This document shows positions 51,601 to 63,033 of a stretch of DNA of 64,000 nucleotides, one piece after another. How positions within the stretch are numbered: position 1 is the first letter of the stretch; each line of letters begins with the position of its first letter. The translations under genes and the position numbers were made by a program. The stretch is from Klebsormidium nitens (taxonomy: Eukaryota; Plantae; Klebsormidiophyceae), in NCBI GenBank assembly GCA_000708835.1, contig DF236992.1:232916-296915 (forward strand), given 5' to 3'. The notes beneath the pieces are model-generated. The model had not been told where the DNA came from, did not search any database, and worked only from the letters and a program-made list of their open reading frames with translations.

Positions 51601-53106
51601 TGACAGTCGATATCTGATCAGGGGTACTCTCGCCGATGAGCGAGCGCTGAGCAGCGTTTTTTGACTAAAACTCGGTCTCGCATTTCAACTATCTACTGTT
51701 GGCTTGCAGGACATGATGAAAGAGTGTCCGACCATCCTGACGTACGAAGACGGGTGCCACGTGGCCGCCTCGGGAGAGACGGGCGGCAGGTGCTTCCGCG
51801 CCCCCGCGACCATCCAGAATCTGCCCGCCTTCTTCGGCTCCGGCCCGCGCCCCGCTGCCGCGCGCGAGCATCAGATCATCGATACTCTGCGGGCGCTTAG
51901 ACGTGTGGAAAAGGAACTGGAGAAGCTGTGAGTTACGACCAGCAATGAGTTATCCTTTGAGACGGGATGCAGATGCAAGTGGAATTGTTCTTGACGCGAA
52001 GCATGCCTGCATCAGCAAAGTTTGTTGATGCCGCCCGAGTTAAACCTGCAACCCTCAGGGAGACGTAAAGGATTGAGGACGTCTGACCCCCCCAGAAGAC
52101 TCAATCGAGGAGTATAGTAACGTCATTCTAGAAAATCATGGAAGCGAGATTTTCTTGAGCAGAGGTCCATAATCATAACTTGGCCCACATATTAGGAGGT
52201 AACAACCGGTGAATATATGGCCGGACCAGTTGGGCACCACCTGCTTCTTGCTGGGAAACACTCTTCGAGGGAAAGCGTATAATAGCAGATAGAGGAATTT
52301 CCTTGCCCCCCATACCCTTGGAACGGGAAGCATTTGACCGGTGACAGATCGTCTTCTCCTTTCTTTAGGTACCACATGGAGCTGCAGGCAGCCGCAGAGC
52401 GAGATGCCGGAACGCGATTATTGGGGCCCCGTCTTGAAAAGGAAAAGGAGGAGGTGAGAAGCGACTGAACTTCTTTACATCAAACCGGATCGGCGAAACA
52501 CCCTTGGATCACGCCCTGTGACGCTAACGCGTCGGCGTCCCATTATAACCACTTAACCGTTAGTCCTGCTAAAATTGAGTTTGCCGAGACGGTAAGCTTT
52601 AGAAAGCGGGTTTCCAATCTGTTTGTCTACTCAAGTATGGCGCGAGTGTTCGAGTGCTCGAATGTGGGTCGATCCCCGGAACGTGGCGGTGATTTGCTGG
52701 TTCACCGGGTGATGGCCCTCGTTGGTTGTGTGGGCCCAAACTGCTTGCGGCAAAAGTCGGCTCTAAAGAGAAGGCAGTTTCTGACCCGGACATAATGTTA
52801 GCTCATTCTCTTTCAGCCGCGCTTGCACCGCGTACACTCAGGCCTGAATCTGCGCTTCGATTGCAGATTCAGCGCCTTGACGATAAGCTTAAGAGACTCG
52901 AAGGGCAGCTTTTCAAGACCGGCCCGATCACGGCGCCCCTGCCACAGCAGATCAAGGAGGAACCCGCGGACGACTCGGAGGCCTTTGATAGGGAGGAAGC
53001 GACCCCGAGCCGGGGCGAAAGACGTGCAAGGGAGGATGGTGCCGCGGAAGGCGACGCCCCAGTCACGAAGAAGAGAAGGTCGGAGAGGCCGGGGACAAAG
53101 AAGTGA
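39616..53106 (+). CDS. SMCHD1: SMCHD1-type protein (UBL-like N-terminus, GHKL ATPase, transducer, BAH-like domain, long linker, coiled coil, SMC hinge), ~2102 aa. Exons 39616-39768, 39962-40061, 40309-40404, 40830-40966, 41291-41560, 41931-41976, 42208-42329, 42515-42706, 43086-43343, 43688-43899, 44227-44361, 44649-44931, 45342-45580, 45924-46146, 46520-47401, 47882-48388, 48715-50466, 50984-51142, 51710-51927, 52369-52453, 52867-53106
   Basis: GHKL motifs AAGELIDNA, AVFDKGKG, ISFHGVGAKTALFFAG; transducer FSRQLAAMFYWKMHG, VFWNGRLVP, RITGMLFIND; hinge LAEIEDDSRARVISWYFG, VFWALLGNTLLL, CPTILT; coiled-coil segment IAECTEKRAKTSRMASELEESLLQAEADL. The 21 exons join in frame (6309 nt). A few internal boundaries (42208, 42706, 44649, 52369) are best guesses. 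Confidence 0.9.
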
Positions 53107-55026
53107 GATTGGCGAACGGAGAGCGTCAGGAGAATGTTGTTCCGGCGGCGATTGAGTGGGATTCTGATAGCGGCGGTCGAAGATTGGCGCGAGGGCAGGA
53201 GGTTTGACCAAGAAAGTAGCGAGGCGCGGTGGTCAGTAGCGAGGGGTTTTCTTGAAGAGTCTTTGTATGTAGCGAGGGCGTTACGTGTAGCGGGACTGAT
53301 TGTCTTCGGTAGTCGGGTTTTCGGACGGCAAGCTTGCTGCAAGAGGACGCCATCATAATAGGGGCGTTCACAACATTCAATTGTAGATTGTAGATACGAA
53401 GCGCGAATAGACGGATGGTGAGATTCTGATGTTTCCAGAGCGTGTCAAACATCTCGTACTAGGCTGACGCTTGTACGTGTATAGGCCACTGGCAAATGCT
53501 TCCGGGCAAAGCTGCTAGCTAGGAAAAGGAGTGTGTGGACTCCGCACTCTTGAGCTTTTCAAGAACCCAATGGGACTACAATCAGCTCTACATGAGCTCG
53601 GAAGCCTGATTGTTTCCTTTTGCTGAATTGACCTTTACTGTATGGCAACCCTTTAACCGCTTCAGCAAGTCATCCCATCGGGCAATAATAGTCGCGTCGG
53701 AGACACCCCTGCGCTGGTGGCTCGGTTTTGCATGAATTGAAGACTTGTTGCCAGACGCACAACGCATTTGATTTTTGCGGCAGCTCCTTCGGTCCGCTTC
53801 AATCGCTCCCTTGTTCCGCTTCGATGCAGTATGAAATGCCGATTTGCGAGTGACGTGCGTCACAGCTGCTGTTATTCCTACGAAGCTTGAGATGTCGATG
53901 TTGCGAGGCCTTTGATACCGATCTTACTACCAAAAAGCACGGCTTGCGCACGCTAGCCCCTGCAAGATGCCTTCACTTTGCGATCATTGAAAATGAACCA
54001 TCAATGCAGGCCGATCCTGACACCCTAGTACCCAGAGGAGCTACTGTGAGTCGCGCATGCAAGTGAGTTCGGCAAACGTTTTTAGCTGAATCACAACACC
54101 GTCAGCATGCGCTGGCAGTGCGCGCCCCATCCGAGCTCGGATTCCTGAGTGATATCGCAGCGCGAATTCTGGAATCTCGATTGGACCGTGACTAAGCTAA
54201 GATCCATTTGGCCCTTGTCCATGACCTGCCCACGCTGCTTGAAATAAATATTGACTGGATGGTCAGCTAGATTCACGGCACCGTCATGCAAAACGTCATA
54301 TTGCCGGGACGGTCGATCATGTTTCCTTGTTACCAAACGCCTGCATGTCTTATGACTTTTCAAGTTTACCGTCATGATGTCATGTCAGATCTCACATCTT
54401 CTCTTTTGCACGTATGCCAGATGCCGGGTATGCATATATATCCATTAGTGTGTTGAGACCCAGAGAGACATGATTAATCTTCTTTGGCAAGCAGACCATA
54501 TACGAGAGGGTCACCTTGCGGCCTATGATGGACGCACAATCTGTTGAAATGCACTGCGAGCCGGCAGATGCCTAGAAGCAAACGACATGCACACGTGGCA
54601 TGGAGTACTTTCACTGCACATTGGTATGTCATTGTGCCAGATTATTTCAGCCCGAGCAAGGAATGTGACGGGCGGATGTCAGAACCATATTGCGAGCGTA
54701 CTACGGCAAGCAATTCTATTGAAGAGTCGAGTCGCCCTAAATCGATGCAAGACTCCCACTTCGAACAACTGCTCTGAAGTTAGGGATGGTGGCAACCCTG
54801 CGCCGCTTCGCAGGGATGCTAATGGTGAATATTCAACCAGTACTGACGTATCTGTTCTAAGCCTATGAACCATCAACAACCGTTATGTCCCCTCAAAAAT
54901 TGCGTGTAAAGAAACTCTTATTTCTGCTCGAAGGGGTATGTAAGCAGCTTCAACAATAGTAACTCGATTATTTGACCAGTCGCTTCTAACAAAAATGGAC
55001 TGACGCCGAAGAGGAGTCAGGATCTT

Positions 55027-57387
55027 TCAAACGGTGTCCGCATCGGGTTCAATCCTGGAACTAAGACCGTTCCGAATGAGGAGCTGACAATACGTTTCAG
55101 CATATTCCTGCAGTCCCGAGACAGACAATAAGATCAATACATATTCATTTCCAAGTGGCAAGAGGGCCTCTCAAAAGCAAGAAAGGAAAGCGAAAGTCTG
55201 GATGCCAAAAATTCTGGACGTAGTGAAGAGCTGACCTTTGAAAGTCGACCTACTTTAATCCCAACTGCGACAGACACAGAAGAGTGAAGGAGAAGCAGTG
55301 CAGAAGAGCCACAGACCTTTGCTAGACGAATAGGAATTGCAAGTTTCATGGGTAGCACAGACCTCTCACAGTAAGACTTCTTTTGAAAACAAGAACGGCT
55401 CGAAAGTAGCTTTTGCATTTTGGGCTGCATCCAAGTATACCTCGGGCTCTCCCTTTAAGGCCGCACCGAGAGGGGAGCTTTGACCTTGACAAGAACAAAC
55501 GCGTGAAAAGGGGCAGTTCCAAATCCAAGTTGACTACCTCCGCTGCAATGAGTCAGGCACGCTCTATCTTTGCTCGTAAATGCCATCAGAGGAAGTCGAC
55601 TATGTCCCTGCAACAGTACATCACAGGTCCAGCCCCCAGGGCCAGCCCAGCTAAGAACGACACAAAGAAGCGGTTCAAATATACCTAAAAGAAACAAGAA
55701 ACAAGGAGTGACTTTTCGGAATTTAGTATTATCTCAAAACGGGCTCACCTTCACACAGACGATCACTATTCCAAAGCCTTTTACTTTGGATTCTTCAAAT
55801 ATCCCGCGTGCCGCTTCGGACGAGACGTTTGGGACCACCCTGGGCAAGACGTTGGTGACTGCACACTCAAACGACGTCCTGAGAAAGCCTGCCAGACATG
55901 TACAATCGTGCAAAAGATACATGCGCTGGGTTGTCCAGACTTCAAGGACAACTGATTGTTGATGAGGCGCCCTTGATGCAGAGGCGCCCTTGAGGGAAAG
56001 AAAGATCACATATTCCAGACAAACATTTCGCCAAAATCGATTGCAGGACAAAGGACGGAGACGTATCCAGTCCAAAAACACTTACTCTGGGTCAGGACAC
56101 AGGGTCACTGTTATGAAACAGGGCCAGTAATACATTTTTCATCTCAGATGAAAGTCTGCACTTACTTGCGGCATACTCCTCGCCAACAGCAAGCCAGACA
56201 ACAAAGAAGCACCTAATACCTGCTCACACTACTTGTCGTGAAAGTTCCAAAGAAGCGCAGAAAACGTTTGTCCAAACATGTCCTGAAAATCACCGAGCCT
56301 TGCAATCATGAAGTTGCCTTCAGAAGAAGGGCCGGAAGGTCTGGCACCCACCTCTTTTCTCAGTGTGCTTGGGGCTGTCAACCAGCAGGACACGGAACTG
56401 ATCCCCGCCGCCTGTCCGCTTGTTCTGCTTCTCCTTGCTTCCCTCCCCGCCTGGTAGAAACACAGTTGCTCATGCTTATGTGAGAAAGGCATCAAAGTGG
56501 ATGGCACCAAATGGGACTGTACAACCGCAGGAAACTTCTCATTCATGTATGGTACCCCCTCTCGAGCCCCAAGGACACCAGAGTCAAAAAGTGAATGCGA
56601 AATTGGTGGGGCTTTTGGTTGGTGGCACTCAGAAATCCAAGAAACACAATCCAGCTCAACCACATGGAGGCAATCTACCGCGTGCCACAAGTTAAAGAAA
56701 CTTGCGCGGGCTCTGTGCTTATGAATCTTTAATAGTCAATCAACAACCAGTTAAATGTTTGAAAGAACACTGGAAGAACATTCCGCCGTTTAAAGAGCAA
56801 ACATGGCCCACAGATAAACAAAAAAGGGCAGAGGGACCATGCTACTATGAAATCAGAAACTAACGAAGATCTTTTTAGATTCACAAGGTGGTGATTGCTA
56901 AATGCCGACCAGGTGAGGGGGAAGATCAAACTTCTCTTTCAGCATGCAGCAGCAACTGGCATATTAAGTATAGCAAGGTCCATGAAGTAGTACCTGATTC
57001 TGTTTGGTACAGCTTTTCCAACCACGAGGTATCAAGCGCAGGCGGCTTCTCTAAGACGCCAGCGCCTCCAGGCCTGTCAAGCACGCCTGCCCTGGCAGCT
57101 CGAACCTTCACAGCCCCAGAACTCCGACACTGATCTGGGTTTGCTTGCTTAACATTAAACCCAGATCTAGATCTGTCCTGATGTAACGAGGGGGAGTTGC
57201 TACCATCTCGACCCCAGCAACCAAGGTCCAACTTGCTGGACCTCTGCTGGCGGAGCGGAGGCGAGAAAAAGCTGCCGGATGTAGAAGCTGGTCCACTCGC
57301 ATATGCTCTCTCATTGGCACTGCTTCTCAAATGGGCGTGAAGGCATGCTGGTGACAGGGTGCTTGCTGCTGCAGCGGTGGCCGCCAT
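55027..57387 (-). CDS. Plastid-targeted ClpS-like (Clp protease adaptor fold) protein, ~227 aa. Exons 56994-57387, 56352-56450, 55749-55858, 55027-55107
   Basis: Transit-peptide-like MAATAAAASTLSPACL...; GVLDRPGGAGVLEKP (like the plant ClpS1 N-terminal GVL(D/E)xP); core QFRVLLVDSPKHTEKRVTNVLPRVVPNVSSEAARGIFEESKVKGFGIVIVCVKEYAETYCQLLIRNGLSSRIEPDADTV follows the ClpS pattern. Phases consistent (684 nt). Confidence 0.8.
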
Positions 57388-57879
57388 TTTTCTCTAGTAA
57401 AGGTTGGCTCCGCCAGGTGGATGTGCTCTTGATTTGTGGCAGCCAAGTTGGAAGTGGCAGCTCATGCACCACCATCATGGATGATTGGGCCGCGCCTCGC
57501 CCGGAGTGAACGGTAACGATGAAGTCATTACCGCACAGATAAGCTCTTTTGTACCCAGATTGCTCCCGCAAACATGACCCAAAACGTTAACGGCATTCGC
57601 CTAGTTTCTTAGCGAAATGTCCACCGGCACTGGCAGAAGCTATGTACCCAGGCAGTCTGCTCTGTCCACTTATGACAGGATTCCAGATTCTCCTCGTGGA
57701 TTCTGAGCCTCAAGCTCTATGTTGTCTGTGCCACGTCATCCGTCCCCTAGAATTTCTTTTTCCTTCAAAGTTCCTTCTGCCTGTGCAAAAGCTCCGTTCT
57801 GCCAGCCGTTCAACAACTTGTACAAGGCGTTCTGCAAACCGGGAACGGCCTTTCCTTTTGCAAGCAACTTTTTTTCGCC
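57388..57879. promoter_or_regulatory. Putative bidirectional promoter and 5' UTR region between ClpS-like (-) and RPE (+)
   Basis: The two divergent start codons are only 492 nt apart. No specific promoter element was identified. Confidence 0.55.
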
Positions 57880-60800
57880 ATGGCTTGCACCGCATCTGTG
57901 TCTGTTATGCAGGCGGCCGCTTTTGCGACCGGGGCGTCTCAGAGCTCTTTCCTAGGGGCAAAGCACTTTGCTCCCGCCCCTTGCAAGGCCCTTCCCAGAA
58001 GGTGCGCGCACCCTGTTCCTGCTTTTCGTTGATCTTCTTCTTCACCAGAGTTGCGTCGGTTTTACCATTGCAATGCTCTCCGAAGGTGTCAGCTGAAGTC
58101 TTTCTCAATGCCCAGGGTTCAGGTAGAGTTTTTGGAATTGGGAGTAACGAGTGCGTCCGTTCCAAATTTTCAGTTGCTAATGGGCCGTACTGTATTCTGA
58201 TTTCATTGCATTTGCCACAGCATATTGACTTTCGTCAATATGCGTCTGGTGTCGCGCAATGCTGATTTTGAGGACCTTCCAGCTTGTTGGGAGCTCTCAG
58301 CAGACAGGTGCTCAAATGCAGAAAGAAGCAGTCCAAAAGATACCCAACATGTCTCCACCCCTGAATTTTGTGCCTAATTACGACAATCATTGCGGCCTTC
58401 TGTTTGCAGCCAGAGGTTGTCCTCTGGGGTGCGCGCTTCCTCCAGGGTTGACAAGTTCAGCAAGGACGACATCATCGTGTCGCCCTCAATCCTGTCCGCC
58501 AACTTCTCCCGGCTGGGCGAAGATGTAAGTCTCAGGGCAGCTCTCGTCACCAGCCAATACCGGGGCCTTGCAACCGGACGCTCTCTTGTCGATGTAGTTG
58601 TGAGGTAAAATCTTGATGATGCTTGGGAAATGCTTAGCTTTCAGAGCCTGAGGCTGGAGAAAATGGACTGCCGCCGCTCAATCGGATCCTCCTTTTGGCT
58701 ATCACCCCTGGAGAGACGGTGGGAAAGCATTTTCGGCCGCTTGGTGAACGGCTTAAAAGCCAAGGCCAAGCCAGGATTGAGTCATGAAAGTCCATGTTCT
58801 CCTTCCTCGTGCTTGTCAGGTGCTCTGGCCCGCAATGCCGAAAGATTTTTGAGCAACGAGGGCAGCCAGATCCTCTCTGTTGAGGAGCTGATTCTATCAT
58901 GTAAGTGCAGGTTGCCGCCGTTGACAAGGCGGGTGCTGACTGGATCCACGTGGATGTCATGGAGTGAGTATTGACATAAATTCATCTAGCTCTTTTGGCC
59001 CCCAATCGCCCTCATTTAACACCGGCAGGAGTGCAATTATCCATGACGATAAAAGCATTCTGTTGGATGTATCATCTGCTGGAGCCTACTCTTCCCGGTT
59101 GCAGTTTCTGTTTCTAGGGCCACTTGCAAACCCTAAACCCTCTAAATTCTCACTGAGCCACCACTCGCCAGAATTGCAACGCCTCTACTGAAGGTCTCAA
59201 AATACTCGTTTCGATGCATTCGTATAATGAGGTTGTCAGCCGTCACCTTCCAATGGCTTGTGCCTAAATTTCAAAGTCAATTCTAGTTCTTGGCTGCCTG
59301 ACTCAGAGCACCGGTTTAAAAATGCTGGACGAATGGCTGTATTCATGTGCTCGGGTGCCTGCCTCGCTTAGCCCTCCCAAAGATTCCTCTCTGACCCGCG
59401 GAGCCGTTGGTTGAGGGGCCTCTTGGTTGCCTTGAAGAGTCCTCAGTTTCAAGTGTACCGTCTCTTTTTAACGCATAAGTGTCTGCAAGTAACTGCAGAA
59501 GGCGCAAAACGTCGAACCAATTTTCTCATTTCCATTGTCAAAACTCCACAGAGAGCCTGAAGCAGTGTGCAGTTGGGGGTCCATCAAGGACGTTGTGGTG
59601 TCATTTAGCATTTTGTCTCATATCACTCAATGAATCTGATTCCAACGGTCTCCTCGTCGACCTCTTTCTGATGGGAAAAGGCATTGGTGTTTGCCCGTGC
59701 AGTGGACGCTTTGTGCCTAACATCACCATCGGACCTCTCGTGGTCGATGCTCTGAGGCCGATCACAGATAAGCCCCTTGACGTGCATCTCGTAAGTTTCC
59801 CTGGCTCGGTCTTTTTCTGAATCTTGCTTCTAGTACGGTCGTCTCTTCAGTGAAGCTGTGGTGTAGAGAACATGTGATTAGAGGCCGCGGTAGTGAGTTG
59901 CACTTTCTTTGAAGGGCCTGGAGGTGTGGACCGAGTGTTGTGGTGGGCCTTGCATGCACCAGGCATTCATGTTTGCAAGTAGATGCCCCCTCACGAGTCT
60001 GGCAAGCAGTTTGTCAGCACTCCTGCAGTTCAGTTGCTTTCTTTGGACATCAATTAAAATTCTGAGCAAGCAGCGAAAGATTTCCCGTTTCCGTTTTGGA
60101 AAGTTGGTGCTCAACGAGTTGGCTTGAGCAGGACAAATGTTAACATCTTTTTGCACCACAATAGTTACCACCTTCAACTCTGCCAGGTTGAGCAAGCACA
60201 CCTTTGCAAATGGCAGGGCGTAATGGCACACTGTTCTCTTTTGTGTCAACCGATCGCTTTATGGCTGTACTTCAGCAGAGTGACAATGTTCAGTCTTTGC
60301 TGCAAAGCCCTGAAAGTGGGCAGTGCATGCATCCGCTTGCTTCCACTTCCTTGTGCTTCTCGCTAGAACTCCTTAAGTGACTCGCTGGGCGGTGCTGCAG
60401 ATGATTGTGGAGCCCGAGCTGCGGGTGCCCGACTTCATTAAGGCCGGCGCTGACATCGTCAGCGTGCACGCAGAGACCGCGGCCACCATCCACCTGCACA
60501 GGACAGTCAACCAGGTGAGGGCCCCGACGATCTTCTTTTTGGAAAGTTATAGGAAGTAGTAGACTAGATATATCTGGCCGCGTCATGTGGAGGTAGAGCT
60601 CAGTCGCTGTGGCAAAGGGATTGCACACAGGAAGAAGGTGACGGGAGGATTGCGTCCAGTCTTTTTTACTGGATATCAATTGCCCAACAGCTTTGTGCCT
60701 AGAACAAAGGACCGCTCTGCCGAGTTGGCCCGACGTACTTGTCAAGAGGTGGTGATTGGGGCAGGTCTGCAAATTGTGAACTGATTGGACGTGGGGCAGT

Positions 60801-63033
60801 TTTGCACTCTGTGAACCGATTGGGAGTGTTGGACAACCATAATGGAGACGGTATATGTCAGTGATGGGTCACATAGGACAGCAGGGCATCGATTGGCTTG
60901 CTTGGGTTCCTACGGCATTCATGATTCAATGGAGCCCCATTATCTGGCCAGCCTCGAGGTACTTCAGTTCACAGAAACGGATTGGGCATAGCATGTCCCT
61001 TAGATGGTCGAAACCGGTGGGCAAACGAAAGCTCGACGGGGTTTTCCGAGGGTGCCCGGAAGTCAATGATGAGCATTTTGTCCGTTTAGGTCCACAAAGT
61101 GATGTTGCTTTTCCGCTTCCTTTGAAGGTGCAGGACAGTTTCGATTGCAAGTCTCAGAATTGCTGCACCGCATTGGTTGCACAGCACATAGGACGGCAGA
61201 CAAGGAAAGATGGAAGGAGAAAGCAGGATTCCGCGGTAAAGTTAGAGACGGAGTCCACATACTCTCATAAATGTTGAGTCAGCGATCTCGACGTCAGCGG
61301 ATCGAACTCTGTTATTCCGGAGATTTTCGTCAGGCTTTATACATCTGTTTGCGCTGCAGATCAAGGACCTGGGCGCCAAGGCAGGCGTGGTCCTCAACCC
61401 TGGTACACCCCTTTCCTCCATCGAGTACGTCCTAGATGGTGAGCCTCGTTTGACTAAGTATTTAGCGTCCACTCTTGTCGGGAGGTTAAAGAGGGCGTCG
61501 GAGGACCGGTCCAACCTCAAGGACCAAATTGCCCCGCAACACAGCCAGTTTGGTCGCCGAAGGCAGTTTTCAAGATGGAATCTGGGCCGTTTGACGAATC
61601 TTTCCCTCAGGACTCGGATGCACGAGTGTACGTTGAAATCTGACGCCCTCTTAAAGAGTCTGGATGATTAGACGGAAGCATCCTTTGAGAAATTGTTTGG
61701 TAGCGGACGGAACATTTCCTTTCCAGTCTTCAAAGTTGGGTTTTGAACTTGGCACTGAGACTCTCTGGGCCCAAGCGACCTGCAAACTGCGGAGCGTGGG
61801 GTGTTCCAATGGGCAACAAATTGTACAGGCAAGAGTTGTCGACTTCACCTGCCAATTTTTGATGGTTTGAGTGCGGATTCAATCGGCTACTGGCGAAGCA
61901 AATTGCGTCTGACTAACAAGCGCCCTGTTTTGCAGTTGTTGACCTCATCCTGATCATGTCCGTAAACCCCGGGTTCGGCGGGCAGAGCTTCATTGAGAGC
62001 CAAGTACAGAAAATCAAGGAGCTAAGAGCCATGTTGAACGAGAGGGTGAGACGCTCGCTTGCTTTCAGCTGTGCAGAGAAGTCAGAAGGTTGTCTTTTTT
62101 GCTATCTCCTTACATGGTTGCGTTTGTGCCTCGGTTCGGGCAGTCATTGCATGCGGTTTGCAAGGGATTGCTCATGAATCTGCGGCGTTACGCTCATCAA
62201 ACAGCAGAACGCAATGAATCAGGCTACTGCGTAATTCCTTCTGCTTCAATATCCAGCAGGTTACACAAATTTGTTGCCGAGTTAGTAGGAGAAGACGACG
62301 TTCTCTCAATCCTGCAATAGAGAGGAATCAGACGCGAAAGTTTGTATAATGAAGCACCGTTGAAGTGCTCCTCCTCGTGATGGCAGGGCCTGAACCCCTG
62401 GATCGAGGTCGACGGCGGTGTTTCTCCCAAGAACGCCTACAAGGTATGCGCATGGAGCTCAGCGCTTTCAAAGCTTTTTGACCATTGCCCTTTGTGCTGC
62501 AATCTTAAATTGGTCATTTGTGGATCCTTAGAAGGTCTGCTGTAAGCAAGTCTGTAGTCTCGTCCCCAGTGTCGTGTCAGGGATTCAAACAGGCGATTTT
62601 TTGCTTGGGCTGCGTGCTGCGTGCTCGCCGACCCATGGAATTGAAGTGGCAGCTCAAAGTTTTGCGCATGGCTGTGCTTCTTACATTATGAAAACGCCCC
62701 TACCAATGGTGCAGGTCATTGAGGCTGGGGCGAACGCGATTGTGGCTGGTTCGGCGGTGTTCGGCGCCAAGAGCTACAGCGAAGGTGAGGATTGCACTTG
62801 TGTCCTGATGGCAGCTTATGGTCCCAGGAAAGTGCCTCTTGCTGGATCTTTGATTCTATTGTGCACCATGTATGACGAATCGAAAGCTCTTGTCTGATCA
62901 GATTGTTAGCACTATCTTCATGCTTCATGTTGTGTGTCCTTGGAGCTGTCCTCACACACCGTTTCTTGTTGTCTTTCTCGTTGCAGCTATCGCTGGGATC
63001 AAGGCAGGCAAGAAGGTGCCTGCCACCGTATAG
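57880..63033 (+). CDS. RPE: Plastid ribulose-phosphate 3-epimerase, 284 aa. Exons 57880-58001, 58410-58524, 58911-58963, 59703-59790, 60401-60514, 61360-61438, 61936-62045, 62387-62443, 62715-62784, 62987-63033
   Basis: [85 protein letters not shown], plus a transit peptide. Phases consistent (855 nt). Confidence 0.97.

Noticed and set aside
53588-54879. Short ORFs between the SMCHD1 and ClpS-like 3' ends
   Set aside because: No family motifs and no consistent spliced model.
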